NCBI GenBank assembly: GCA_965197905.1
Contig: CBDAOB010000003.1
Location: 257,937-321,936, forward strand
DNA: 64,000 bases
DNA from: Candidatus Latescibacterota bacterium
GTDB taxonomy: Bacteria > Latescibacterota > UBA2968 > UBA8231
Direction of reading: 5' to 3'
The translations under genes and the position numbers were made by a program. The notes beneath the pieces are model-generated. The model was not told the origin of the DNA, made no database searches, and was given only the letters and a program-made list of their open reading frames with translations. Below, piece after piece: positions 21,919 through 32,649 of the stretch (the first letter of the stretch is position 1; every line of letters starts with the position of its first letter).

Positions 21919-22725
21919 CTAGCGGATCTCTTGCAGCCCATTGAAGAGGCAGTAGTGCTGCTCAACGCCCATCGCCTCCATCCAGCCGCGCACCTCTAGA
22001 GTCTGCCATGTTCCAGATCCCTTCCCCTTGCCGCTGTCGTTGTCCCACAGCCACAGCGGTGTAGGCCAGATGCAGCGGCGGGCCGCGACGGCTTCGTAGA
22101 ACGCTCTCTCGACCCCTTCCTGGCCGTGATGGGCCATCTGGACGCAATCGGACGCGAGACGGTTCCCGTACGGCCCTGCCAGGAGCTTGCGTCCGGCTTC
22201 CGCCCCCAGATCCGCGGGGAACAGGACCGACCGGGCCTCGTCCCGCACTCGCATCACCACACTGGAATTGTTGATCGCGTTAACGATGATCTCCGGGTTC
22301 TTTATGCCCAGCACCTCGAAGTGCACCCCATCGAAAGCCAGCTCCTGGCCTAGTTCGAGCTCTGTCGCTTCCTGCCCCGTGGCGGCCAAGGCCGCATTGA
22401 GCTGCACGGTGGTCTCCACTTCCTCCTTCTCATGGGTTTCGACCCAAGCCGTCGTGTTCAGCGAGCAATAGATCTGGTCTATTTGCAGATCTCCAGACGT
22501 TCTGAGGATCTCAGTCAGCGCATCGACGTGGTCGAGGTGTTGGTGTGTGATGAACCAGGCGGTGACTCGGTTGCCAAGGGCGGCGAGAAAGCCCTTCAGA
22601 TACGCCGCATCCTCGGTATAGCCTCCATCGATGGCGATGACATCGCCGTGCACTGTTCGCAGGACGTAGCTGTTCATCTGATTGGGCGTCTGCGAGGGCA
22701 GCTGCCAGAGCGTGAAGGACTCCAC
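21919..22725 (-). CDS. MBL-fold metallo-hydrolase
   Basis: ITHQHLDHVD (HxHxDH) motif. Confidence 0.7.
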   Translation of the reverse strand: MESFTLWQLPSQTPNQMNSYVLRTVHGDVIAIDGGYTEDAAYLKGFLAALGNRVTAWFITHQHLDHVDALTEILRTSGDLQIDQIYCSLNTTAWVETHEKEEVETTVQLNAALAATGQEATELELGQELAFDGVHFEVLGIKNPEIIVNAINNSSVVMRVRDEARSVLFPADLGAEAGRKLLAGPYGNRLASDCVQMAHHGQEGVERAFYEAVAARRCIWPTPLWLWDNDSGKGKGSGTWQTLEVRGWMEAMGVEQHYCLFNGLQEIR

Positions 22726-22760
22726 GTCAAAGCTCCTTATCGATCGACTCTACACGATGG

Positions 22761-24355
22761 TCACCCCAGAAACTGAAAGCTCTCCGCCGAAGCCTCCGAA
22801 AAACTGGTGCGCATGCCCTTCGGCGGCTCGCCCCGCAACAGACAGCCCTTCTCCGGATACGGATAGATCTCGTCATAGCGCAGGACCTGACTCTGGCTGC
22901 AGCGACGGAAGATATGACGGCGCCTCAGTTCCCTCGTGTTGCGCAAGCCCGCCGCAGCCATCAGCCCAGCGACAGCTTCCACCGTGTGCCGGTGAAAGTG
23001 GGCAACGCGGTCGCGCTTGTCGGCGACCACAAGACCGGCGACGAGATTGGGATCCTGAGTCGTAATCCCTGTTGGGCAGGTGTTGTTGTTGCACTCCAGG
23101 GCCTGGATGCAGCCAAGGGCCAGCATCATCCCACGGGCGGAGCTGGCCATGTCCGCACCCAACGCAATGGCGCGGGCGATGTGGAATCCGGTAATGATCT
23201 TGCCGCTGGCCACGATGCGGATGTCGTTGCGCAAGTCGAAACCGATGAGACTATCACTCACAAACGCCAGTCCGTCGCGCAGTGGGGAACCCAAAGAGTT
23301 CGTGTGTTCTACTGGTGCCGCTCCCGTGCCGCCTTCGCCGCCGTCGACGGTAATGAAATCGGGGCGCGGATACCGGTGCGAACCATTGCTTGGCAGAGAC
23401 CGAGAAACTCACTGTGCACACCGACACAAAGCTTGAAGCCGATCGGTTTTCCTCCCGAGAGCTCGCGCAGCCGGGCAATGAATTCCATCAACCCAAGCGG
23501 GGTCGTGAAAGCCGTGTGCGTGGGCGGTGAGATCACGTCGGTGCCAGGTCTGACGCCGCGAATGGCGGCGATCTCCGGAACGTTCTTGCGCGCCGGCAGG
23601 ATGCCCCCATGTCCCGGCTTGGCTCCTTGTGAGAGTTTGATTTCGATCATCTTGACGCTGTCCAGAGCGGCTCGTTCGGCGAACGGCGCCGGGCAGAAGG
23701 TTCCGTCCTGCTCGCGGCAACCGAAGTAGCCGGTGCCGATCTGCCAGACGATGTCACCGCCGGGTTCCAGGTGGTAAGGGCTTAGACCGCCTTCTCCGGT
23801 GTTGTGTGCGAATCCACCGCGGCGAGCGCCACCGTTGAGGGCGAGTACGGCGTGTTTGCTGAGCGACCCGTAACTCATAGCGGAGATGTTGAAGATGCTT
23901 GCCTCGTAGGGCTGGGTGCATTCGTTGCTGCCCACGACAACGCGCTGGTCGGATGCGACGGCATCGTAAGGGAGGGCGCTCAGTGAATGCTCCATCCACT
24001 CGTAACCCATCCGGTTCACGTCGAACTGGGTGCCGAAGGGAATCGTATCCATCTGCTGCTTGGCGCGCTGATAGACGACGTTACGGAAGACCCGGTTGAT
24101 AGGGGAGCCGTCGGTATCGGACTCGACAAAGTACTGGTAGATCTTGGGCCGCAGAGATTCCATCAAATAACGGCCCCGACCGAATAGAGGGAAGTTGCGG
24201 ACGATGGTATGCTCGGTCTGGAAGAAATCGTAGAACCCCAAAAGGATCGCCGGGCCCACTAGGACCATAACCCACCATGCGGGGGCCCAGAAATAGCCGG
24301 AGGTGGCAACCAAGGCCGCCGTGAGAACGGAAACAATAACAAACTGCCTGCGCAT
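22761..24355 (-). pseudogene. membrane-anchored glutamate-synthase-domain-2 (FMN-binding GltS-like) protein, frameshifted
   Basis: two consecutive ORFs (348 + 177 aa) of one family. The expected ...GIRPDFITVDGGEGGTGAAPVEH... reads through in a -1 frame near 23320-23345 (extra G in a CGCGCCCC run). Downstream part has ASGKIITGFHIARAIALGAD...CPTGITTQDP. Confidence 0.6.
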
Positions 24356-24562
24356 GGTAATGATCTCCTAGCGATAGGTTTGACGCCGGGGCCCATAGTG
24401 ACTGTGTTAGGTGAATACCAATTTACATTCGGGTGGCGGTCTCCCCATTTGATGCTCCCGCTTCAGCCAGCCACGCCGCCAGAAACTGGATCAGAAGCTC
24501 CGTGCCCTTCCGCATCAAGGCCGACAGCATTGCGATAGCCGTGCCACTTCAGCAGATACGCC

Positions 24563-25225
24563 TTACTCCGTGAAAGGAAAGTAGTCGAGGACGTCGTACT
24601 CCCACACATTTGTGGGGAAAATAACGACTAGTTCAGCCAAGTCTTCGCCCAAGTTTTTGAATGAGTGCGGAACCATAGGCGGAATATTAACGATATAAGG
24701 GGCTTCCAACGTGAACACCGAATCGCCCAGCGCGTAAAGAATTGTTCCTTCCAACAGGACGTGAGCTTCTTCGCCTACGTGCGTGTGCATCGGGGGTGCG
24801 CCTCCGGGGGCCGTATATGTGATGCCCACCGTTAGGTTCTGGTAGCCGTGTCGCTGCCCTTCCATGACGTGCACAAATTCGCCCGGTCCGGGGTTGATGA
24901 CGACGAGATCCTTCTTTTGGAGAGCAAAGTCCCTCACCAACGTCATAGCGGGGGGTTGGAAATCGCCCGGTATACTGCGGGTCTCTATAATGCCATGAGG
25001 GTGATGCTGGGCATGTAACTGTCTTCTCGCATCATCAATTGAGCTGATCAGTTCGCCGTGTGCGATCGTCTGCTCTGCCTTGGCATCATCGGGCGAATAC
25101 GAAACTGTTGGCTCAGGCGGCAAAGTCGAGGTCTCATCTTCGGCTTCAGACGACCGTAGGCCGGAAAAGATCAGGACCCCTACGAGAGTGAATCCCAGTA
25201 AGATGTGTGCTATAGGTCTACGCAT
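24563..25225 (-). CDS. secreted cupin-domain protein
   Basis: signal-like MRRPIAHILLGFTLVGVLIF; C-terminal cupin HTHVGEEAHVLLEGT...MVPHSFKN. Confidence 0.55.
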   Translation of the reverse strand: MRRPIAHILLGFTLVGVLIFSGLRSSEAEDETSTLPPEPTVSYSPDDAKAEQTIAHGELISSIDDARRQLHAQHHPHGIIETRSIPGDFQPPAMTLVRDFALQKKDLVVINPGPGEFVHVMEGQRHGYQNLTVGITYTAPGGAPPMHTHVGEEAHVLLEGTILYALGDSVFTLEAPYIVNIPPMVPHSFKNLGEDLAELVVIFPTNVWEYDVLDYFPFTE

Positions 25226-25284
25226 GAAAATCCTCCCCTTTTGGTGTGGTGTGATATTCCATTGACGTCTCTTACGACATTCCT

Positions 25285-26772
25285 TCACACCAGTGGCAAT
25301 GGAACAACATCTTCCATCCGCTTTTGCCAATCCCCAAGGCGTGCGGCCATATCGCGGACTCGCGTCTGCTGCTCGGGATAGTTAAACAGATTCTTTAGCT
25401 CGTGCGGATCGACACTTAAATCGTAGAGTTCGCACTGGTCTACCGGGCTCAGGTTCAGTTTCCATCCATCTTGTGCAACCAATGTCCGCCAGGGCTTTCC
25501 CGCCACCCTGTTGATCTCCTCCACCGGCAGGTTGATGGCATAACGGCTGTAATCTATGCCATCAGGTTCATTCCACTCGATGATCACATCGATCCCCTCC
25601 AGGGTGGACTCCCCCCGCAGAACAGACGCGCGACTTTCGCCTTCAAGATGCCCGGACTTGAACTCTCCCAGCAGTTCGAGGAGCGTGGGCACCAGATCGA
25701 TATGGCCGATAGCCCCCGACACCTTCCGGCTATCCCTACCCATCCACGGCACACGCATGAGCAGCGGCACCCTGACCGATTCTTCGTACATCACGGTCTT
25801 GCCGCGCATGCCGTGGTCTCCTGCCATTTCGCCATGGTCGCTGGTAAAAACCACAATGGTATTGCCGGCCTGACCGCTCTCCTCCAGGGCATTGAGGATG
25901 ATCCCCACAGACCGATCCACCAGTGTGACATTGCCCCAGTAGCGAGCCCGCAACTCCCGCCACCCGGCCTCGTCTCTCATATCCATCCCATTGAACGTTA
26001 TGCCGCCACTCAGATAGTAATCGGCCGTGGCGCGATTCCGCAGGGCGGCATCGTCCGAAGGCATTCGAAAAAACTGCGGCCCGGTGGCCAAATTGGTCCG
26101 GGAATACAGGTCGTTGAGCGGTCCGTCATAGGGCTGGTGTGGTTCCAGATAACTGACGTAGAGTATGAAGGGACGATCGCCTTGCTCTTTGATGAAGCGC
26201 GCAGCTTCCCTGCCCTGAAACATGGCCTTGGTGTACTGTACCGGCAATCGCGCCGCCGTACCGCGGTCAAACACCTTACGCCCCTGCCGCTCGACGTCCG
26301 GCTCAAAGCCGTTTTCCGTCAAAAAGTGGTGGTAGCTACTCAGCTGCTCGAGGTGCTCCTCCTTGCTGTACAAACTGCGATAGAGATCCTCGGTGCTAAC
26401 CCACTCGTCAAAGCCGTGTTGCGCTATGACTTCGTCGCTCAGATCCCACTTGCCGTTGTAGCAGCAGCAATACTCCTCGGACACCATCTCGGCAAGGGTC
26501 CGAGCTGTGGGCGGCAGCGGTGCTTTCTCATCCCCCATGGCGAGAGTGTGAGGGTAGAGACCGGTCAAAATGGTAGTGCGGGCGGCCACGCAAACCGGCT
26601 GACTCACATAGGCGCTATCGAATACAAAGCTCTCCCGGGCAAGGGCATTGAGATGGGGTGTCTGGATAATCTCATTGCCGTAACACGCCATCGTGTCGAA
26701 ACGCTGCTGGTCCGAAAAAATAAACAGGAGATTGGGTCTATTCTTCACTGCCGCACTGCCCTCTAGTCCCAA
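25285..26772 (-). CDS. sulfatase (arylsulfatase family)
   Basis: LLFIFSDQQRFD...SQPVCVAARTTILTGLYPHT...FTSDHG; active-site motif is C-V-A-A-R (Ala at the usual Pro position). Confidence 0.8.
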   Translation of the reverse strand: MGLEGSAAVKNRPNLLFIFSDQQRFDTMACYGNEIIQTPHLNALARESFVFDSAYVSQPVCVAARTTILTGLYPHTLAMGDEKAPLPPTARTLAEMVSEEYCCCYNGKWDLSDEVIAQHGFDEWVSTEDLYRSLYSKEEHLEQLSSYHHFLTENGFEPDVERQGRKVFDRGTAARLPVQYTKAMFQGREAARFIKEQGDRPFILYVSYLEPHQPYDGPLNDLYSRTNLATGPQFFRMPSDDAALRNRATADYYLSGGITFNGMDMRDEAGWRELRARYWGNVTLVDRSVGIILNALEESGQAGNTIVVFTSDHGEMAGDHGMRGKTVMYEESVRVPLLMRVPWMGRDSRKVSGAIGHIDLVPTLLELLGEFKSGHLEGESRASVLRGESTLEGIDVIIEWNEPDGIDYSRYAINLPVEEINRVAGKPWRTLVAQDGWKLNLSPVDQCELYDLSVDPHELKNLFNYPEQQTRVRDMAARLGDWQKRMEDVVPLPLV

Positions 26773-27716
26773 CTGGCGACGAAGTCGGCGAGGTCGAAGT
26801 TTTCTGGCATCTCGTAGAAACGGTACAGCGTCGGGCCGGACTTGAACAGAGACTCGTACTGCTCGGTGTCCGCCTTGAGTTTCTCGTCCAAGGTTTTGAA
26901 TCGATCCCGAAGCTGATCCAGTTCGTCTCGGGTGAAACGCTCGGCCAGGCTCTGAGTCGCACTGTGATTGCGATGGTCGTCTGATTCCGAGTCCTTGTAC
27001 CTGCGTATCATGGCGGCGATTCTGGCCAACACGATCAACGTGGTCATGCGCCCGTACTCGCCTGGGTGCAAGGTTTCGAAAGCCCGTGCAAACGCCTCAC
27101 CGTTCCTCTCTACGATGGCCTGGAAAATCAAAGAGATCTCGTCGTTTCTTTGGGCATGCAGCTTCGCGAACTGCCTGCACTGGTCGGCACCCCTCGAAGA
27201 AAGATGGCTCACGAAATCGACGCCAATCGGTTCCGAGAAGTAGTGGATGAATCCACTATTGCCGAAGGCCATGTACCCCATATGGATAGTTCGACGTTTG
27301 GTGCCGCCGTTGGCCGTCGCACCGTGAAGGAAGGTATTGATGTAGACAACTCCATCCCCTGCCTTCAAATCGACGGTCATTGCTCCGGGCAACGGCACGC
27401 TATCGCGATGCCAACCGGTACCTGAGGCACAAAGTACCCACATTCCCAACGGTGCCGCGGACGGTGCATTCATCAGTTGACGACTGAGATCCAGCGTGCG
27501 GGCGTCAAAGCAGAATTCCACAACGTCGGCGGTCTCGCCGTCGACCCATTCGGTGAGAGTTACCCGACTGGACCGACTCGACGCCGGCGCTCGGTCGGCG
27601 ATGAGATCCACGCTCTTGCGCAGCCGTTGCAGTTCATCGGGAGGAATCATGTCGCGTAAAATGACGTATCCCGACTCCATCAGTTGTCTTTTCTGCTCTT
27701 CGATGGTTGCTTTCAT
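26763..27716 (-). CDS. phytanoyl-CoA dioxygenase (PhyH)-like Fe(II)/2OG oxygenase
   Basis: GYVILRDMIPPDEL...WHRDS...GDGVVYINTFLHGATAN pattern. Confidence 0.55.
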   Translation of the reverse strand: MKATIEEQKRQLMESGYVILRDMIPPDELQRLRKSVDLIADRAPASSRSSRVTLTEWVDGETADVVEFCFDARTLDLSRQLMNAPSAAPLGMWVLCASGTGWHRDSVPLPGAMTVDLKAGDGVVYINTFLHGATANGGTKRRTIHMGYMAFGNSGFIHYFSEPIGVDFVSHLSSRGADQCRQFAKLHAQRNDEISLIFQAIVERNGEAFARAFETLHPGEYGRMTTLIVLARIAAMIRRYKDSESDDHRNHSATQSLAERFTRDELDQLRDRFKTLDEKLKADTEQYESLFKSGPTLYRFYEMPENFDLADFVASWD

Positions 27717-27784
27717 GGTCTAGAGGATGAGGACGTTCCGTATGTAGATCCAGAGCTCCTCCGCGGTGGGGCGGTATGGAGCCG

Positions 27785-28312
27785 CTACTGGCGGCCCGTC
27801 CGGAAGCGGTACTCCGCCATCACCATGTCGGCGATCTCCATCGTGGGAAGCATGCCGTCGACAACCATGTCGGCACATTCGCGATAGACTGGATCTCTCT
27901 CCGACAGTAGCTCCACTACCTCCTGCAGACCGCCGCCTGCCAGATTGGGACGCGTGTCCGCGCTGTTCGGGTCGGCCTGCATGCGACGCCACAGATCTTC
28001 AGACTTCATCTCGAGATAAACGACGAGCGCGTCACGGCAGGCGTTGACGCGATTCTGTGGCTTTCCCAGGGTGCCGCCGCCGAACGAGATAACGTGCTGA
28101 TCGTTGGCGCACATCTCGGCCACCACCTCCGCCTCGATCTCCCTGAAGCGGTCGTCCCCTATGCGTAGCCACAGATTCGTCAGGGTTTCCCCCGGACACC
28201 GCTTCTCGATGCCGCGATCGATGTCGAGCAGCGCCCACCCCAGCCGTGCCGCTAGCTCGCGGCCCAGCGTCGATTTCCCCGAGGCTCGGCAACCGATCAG
28301 TACTATTTTCAA
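27785..28312 (-). CDS. shikimate kinase-like P-loop kinase
   Basis: IVLIGCRASGKSTLGRELAARLGWALLDID. Confidence 0.65.
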   Translation of the reverse strand: MKIVLIGCRASGKSTLGRELAARLGWALLDIDRGIEKRCPGETLTNLWLRIGDDRFREIEAEVVAEMCANDQHVISFGGGTLGKPQNRVNACRDALVVYLEMKSEDLWRRMQADPNSADTRPNLAGGGLQEVVELLSERDPVYRECADMVVDGMLPTMEIADMVMAEYRFRTGRQ

Positions 28313-28366
28313 GAATCCTGTATCTCCAGATGCGTCGTGATTTCGATGCGGAGAAACTGCGCGGAG

Positions 28367-29302
28367 TCAGCCAGCTGCCTCCGGAGTCCCGTCGACATAT
28401 GGTTTCAACGCAGCGTAACAAAACCGGTTCAACGGCGTGGGAACACCGAGCTCCTCGCCAAGTCGAACCGCTGCGCCGCTTAAAGCTTCAAGCTCCAACC
28501 GCCGGCCGTTGAGGATGTCGGTGAGTTGCGAGCTGCGCATGGACGGCGCCGCATTTTTTCTGAGGTATTCGAACTGGCGCTGGGCGAAGCCATCCTCCAA
28601 AGCTACACCTTTGGCGACGGCCAGCGTTTGCACCTCCAGCATGACCCCCAGCAGCATCTCGCTACACTCGGGAACGGCGAACGCATTGCCGAGCGGCAGT
28701 CGCATCAGGGCGAGTACGGAGGAGGTTGCGCAAACGGCTATGAACTTTTCCCATAGCACCATCGGCATGTCCGCCCGCACCTCCGCTTGCAACTCGGCCT
28801 GGTCGAATATCTCCTGGATTTGTCTCGTGCGTTCGCTAACTCCGCCCTTGAGCTCCCCGAACAACAGCGGAGCCTTTGAACGGCCGAAGGTAATCATCCC
28901 AGGTTCAACAACGCTGCCGTCCGCGTAGGTCGAGCCGCCTATCACCGCTTTCTCGCCCAGTATTCGTGCAAGCTGCTCACAGCTTGTGACCCCGTTCTGA
29001 ATCGGCAGCACGATCGTATCGCTGCCCACTAGCGGATCGGCTTGTTGAGCGGCCGTTTCCAGATCGTAGGTTTTGACGCAAAACAGGACGAGGTCGACGG
29101 GACCCACGTCTCCTGGATCGGTTGTGGCCATAACGTCTACCGTGGCCACCTCGTCGTCGAAATGTTTCAGTGTGAGTCCCTTTTTCTGGATAGCATCCAG
29201 ATGGGCGCCACGGGCGATCACCGATACGTCTTCACCGGCCAGCGCTAGGAGAACAGCATAGCGACCTCCGAGGCCGCCTGGTCCTACAACCGCAATTCGC
29301 AT
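28367..29302 (-). CDS. 2-dehydropantoate 2-reductase (ketopantoate reductase, PanE/ApbA family)
   Basis: MRIAVVGPGGLGGRYAVLLALAGEDVSVIARG...LFCVKTYD. Confidence 0.75.
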   Translation of the reverse strand: MRIAVVGPGGLGGRYAVLLALAGEDVSVIARGAHLDAIQKKGLTLKHFDDEVATVDVMATTDPGDVGPVDLVLFCVKTYDLETAAQQADPLVGSDTIVLPIQNGVTSCEQLARILGEKAVIGGSTYADGSVVEPGMITFGRSKAPLLFGELKGGVSERTRQIQEIFDQAELQAEVRADMPMVLWEKFIAVCATSSVLALMRLPLGNAFAVPECSEMLLGVMLEVQTLAVAKGVALEDGFAQRQFEYLRKNAAPSMRSSQLTDILNGRRLELEALSGAAVRLGEELGVPTPLNRFCYAALKPYVDGTPEAAG

Positions 29303-29676
29303 CTGCTTCTCCTGTCCGTAGCGGACTGTACTGCTGGGCTAAAGCTGATCAAGATTGGCTCGCAGGTGGTCAGGCACAATAGATATACCACGTTTCAGAT
29401 GGCCGCGGTGCGATAGATCAGACGTTAGTTGCCGAGATCTTGGCCCGAATCAAGCGCTTATGTTATTGTTCTGTCTAGAACATCACTTTCCAAGGTAAGC
29501 ATTGAAATGTACACGTGCAGATCGTGTTAATTCGGACGTTCTTGATGCAAAAACATGTGCGTGGAGCAAAGTGGAAGGCCATTCCATGCTCAATAAGAGT
29601 CACGTTCAATCTAAACCCCAACCGATTTTGATATGGGGAATAACAGTTCAATGCACAGGGCAAACACTGGAGATCG

Positions 29677-30609
29677 ATGATGCTGGAAATGAGTGAGCGC
29701 GAGAAGTTTCTCATGGACTTGCAGGGTTTTCTGCATGTAAAGGACTTTCTGTCTACCGAAGAAGTACGGATCCTCAACGAGGCCGTCGATGCCAATGTAG
29801 ACGAGGAAGCGGAGAATTTCTTTCCCAAGGGTGCCAAGTACGGCGGCGGCATGGACGGGCAGTCCAACAAAGGCACTGCAGAAGGAATGCTGACTTGGGA
29901 GCAGCCGTGGTGCCAGCCCTTTCGCGACATGATGGCTCATCCGAAACTCATCCCATATCTCAATACGCTCTTTGGGCGCGGTTGGAGATTGGACGAACTG
30001 CCATGGGTCAGCTTTGCCAAGAAAGGCACGGGCGGTCACGGATTGCACGGTACCACCAGTCGCTTGTTTGACGGCGCCTTCTTCTACCACTACGCCAACG
30101 GCCAGATACGAACGGGCGTGGCTATTTTCCAGTTTCAACTGGCTGACATCAATCCCGGAGACGGGGGGATAGCCGTAATTCCGGGAAGTCACAAAGCAAA
30201 TTTCGAATGCCCGGAAGATATAATGCTCTACAGCGCCAACCGGGAAGTGGTGCGCAATGTGGCTGGCAAGGCAGGGGATATGGTGATTTTTCTCGAGGCT
30301 ACCATCCACGGGGCTCTGCCCTGGACGGCAGAGCACAATCGGCGTTCCCTCTTCTACACCTACGGCCCCAAGTACCTCAGTTTTCAATCATACTATGTCG
30401 AGACCAGCCAGCCCGAGTGGGTGAGCGAACTGACAGATGTGCAACGCGCCGTTCTGGAACCGGCCTATAACTATAACCGCCCTCTGCTGGAGGACGACGG
30501 AGCGACTCTGGTGCATCCCGGGCAAGAGCCGACACCTCACCGTCCCCGGAATAAGGACGAGATGGCGAAAGCTGAACCAATGGACAAAGCTGAAAGGATT
30601 GAGAGTTAA
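29677..30609 (+). CDS. PhyH-like Fe(II)/2OG dioxygenase
   Basis: GFLHVKDFLS.EEV...HGTTS...IPGSHKAN...IHGALPW. Confidence 0.65.
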   Translation: MMLEMSEREKFLMDLQGFLHVKDFLSTEEVRILNEAVDANVDEEAENFFPKGAKYGGGMDGQSNKGTAEGMLTWEQPWCQPFRDMMAHPKLIPYLNTLFGRGWRLDELPWVSFAKKGTGGHGLHGTTSRLFDGAFFYHYANGQIRTGVAIFQFQLADINPGDGGIAVIPGSHKANFECPEDIMLYSANREVVRNVAGKAGDMVIFLEATIHGALPWTAEHNRRSLFYTYGPKYLSFQSYYVETSQPEWVSELTDVQRAVLEPAYNYNRPLLEDDGATLVHPGQEPTPHRPRNKDEMAKAEPMDKAERIES

Positions 30610-30628
30610 ATGAAGTCGCGCCCCAATA

Positions 30629-31450
30629 TCAGCCTGAGCCTTCAGTCGAGTGTAAATATTGCAGCTGGTCTTCAATCCAATCTCGACCGAGGCCATGGCG
30701 AATCCCACGAAAATGACCAATTATCCAATCTCGAGCCGGATGATTAACCTGGTGCAACTGGTCGACAACCGCTTCTTGATCGTAGTCCACTTGCCTGAAT
30801 TCGATCGTATGCTTGGCGGGGTCTGACTGGATTACGACGTAGCTGGCTCGGAGATCGGGTGTCATTGGATTGCTGATGGCACCAACATTTATTGCTCGCA
30901 TACCGGTGACCGAGACGTCAAGAGTCCGATGGTGGTGCCCGCCGAGGACAACGTCGGCTTTGCACCCCGCCAGGACAAAGGCAATTTCATCTTCGCTCAT
31001 CCCAACTTTGATACCAAGCCCGTCGTCACGGCCAGGAGCAGCATGGACGCCCTATACGGTGGTCTCATCAGGGAGTTGCGTCTCAATCTGGAGGGGCAAT
31101 TTGGTTAACCAGTCAAGCCAACCAGCGCTCGTCACAGCCCCTTGCGTCCAGGCGAAGGTTCCAGCGCAATCCACCAAAGCAGTTAACTTTGATGAATCCT
31201 GAGCTGCTTCCTCCATCGTAGGCGGCGGTCGATCTCCGGAGAATACATAACGATCGGTGTTTCCACGGATTATTCGCACGTTTGGCAACTCGGTCACTCG
31301 CTCAAGAACACCAACTGGATCGGGACCGAGAGCCACAAGATCGCCGAGGATCCAATACTCGTCGAAGTGACCCAAGCCATTGATGTCCTCCAGAACTGCA
31401 TCTAGGGCTACTGTGTTACCGTGAATATCAGAAAACACTGCTAACTTCAT
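30629..31450 (-). pseudogene. metallophosphoesterase (YfcE-like) with in-frame TAG stop
   Basis: MKLAVFSDIHGN...ILGDLV...GNTD... then TAG at 31049-31051 in frame, followed by GVHAAPGRDD...GGHHHR; 822 nt = 274 codons in a single frame. Confidence 0.6.
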
Positions 31451-31470
31451 AGTTCACTCACTTCGCGATT

Positions 31471-31555
31471 TCATTTAACGTTCTCGCCGTGCCCGAACCG
31501 CGAAGCGGTTGCTCGAAGTGCGAAGAAGCCGGTCACTGTGTGTTAACCGCCCAAT
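31471..31555. repeat. attC-like palindromic element, family A
   Basis: tcATTTAACgttctcgccgtgcccgaaccgcgaagcggtt...gtGTTAACcg; 21 bp upstream of the MPP gene start, just downstream of the SPFH gene end. Confidence 0.55.
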
Positions 31556-31556
31556 T

Positions 31557-32444
31557 CTATTTTGATTCACCAAGATGCATCAACGGCAGAGGCATGGGGC
31601 TGTCACCGTCAATGAAGTACACCTTGGCCGCAGGGTCTTTGGAGATGGCTTTAAGGGCTTCCAGCGCCTGGAGTTTGACGTAGTTGGGATTCTTGCCAAT
31701 GGCGGCGTTAATTTTTTCAATTTCATAGGCTTGCACATCTGCAAGTACGCGGCGCTGAGCGGCCTGTTCTTCGGCGGCAGCGCGTTCCGCCTGAGCCGCC
31801 GCTACCTTCTGTTGCTGTTCTGTACGAAATCGCTCCAGCTCTGCTTTCTGCTTCTCAACCTCCTGCTCGCGCTCCTTCTTCGCCTCAATCGCTTTTGTAA
31901 TAAATGGGGGCAGGGCAATATCGCGAAGAAGCACAGCGCCTACCTCGATGCCCTTCGGACCCAGGTAATCGCGCAAACCCTCCAACAGAGCCGTCTGCAA
32001 GGTGACCTGAGATTCCTCAAGAAAGAAGTCCTCGGCTCGTTTGACTGCCTTGCCTTGCTCACGTATTAGTGATCGCAGCTTTGGCACGATGTGCACCTTG
32101 AGGACATCCTGTGCAGTGCCGGTCTCCTTCAGGGTGCGCGGGGCATCTTTGCGGGTGAGACGGTACTGCACGCTGACATCAATCTTGGTCTGTAGCTGGT
32201 CCTGGCTGGGGACGCTAGCCTGCTCCAAATGGGTCTTTTGACGCACATCGTAGAGATGCCAGGCGTAGAGCGGATTTACGGGAATATGTAGCCCTGCCTC
32301 ATAAGGCTCCGGTTTCACACTGCCGAACAGTGTGGCGACCGCTACATGCCCAGCTGGTACGCTCTTGTAAAAGTTACTGCCAATCGCCCAGACAATGATC
32401 ACTATCACGACTGTAATAATGAGAGGCCTTGGAATCTGATTCAT
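31557..32444 (-). CDS. SPFH/band-7 (prohibitin/HflK-like) membrane protein
   Basis: N-terminal TM plus SPFH core and an E/A/Q-rich coiled coil. Confidence 0.7.
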   Translation of the reverse strand: MNQIPRPLIITVVIVIIVWAIGSNFYKSVPAGHVAVATLFGSVKPEPYEAGLHIPVNPLYAWHLYDVRQKTHLEQASVPSQDQLQTKIDVSVQYRLTRKDAPRTLKETGTAQDVLKVHIVPKLRSLIREQGKAVKRAEDFFLEESQVTLQTALLEGLRDYLGPKGIEVGAVLLRDIALPPFITKAIEAKKEREQEVEKQKAELERFRTEQQQKVAAAQAERAAAEEQAAQRRVLADVQAYEIEKINAAIGKNPNYVKLQALEALKAISKDPAAKVYFIDGDSPMPLPLMHLGESK

Positions 32445-32649
32445 TATCGCTTCCTCCTGTATGATCTAGCATGAATACCGACTCGAATCTTACCTCTAAT
32501 ACATTACTGCTATATCAGATCTATGCCACCGATTGTGACTTCGCCGGTTTGCGAAGCATATCAATACTGAGCGTACACGACTGGTGCGTCAACGAGCGGT
32601 GTATCCACCTCAGAGTTTTACGGCCCATGCTCTTGCGCTGCAATCCGAA

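Noticed and set aside
30629-31450. In-frame TAG as possible stop-codon recoding (pyrrolysine or an alternative genetic code)
   Set aside because: TAG is used as an ordinary stop elsewhere in the window (higA at 41703); a single occurrence is best read as a nonsense mutation.
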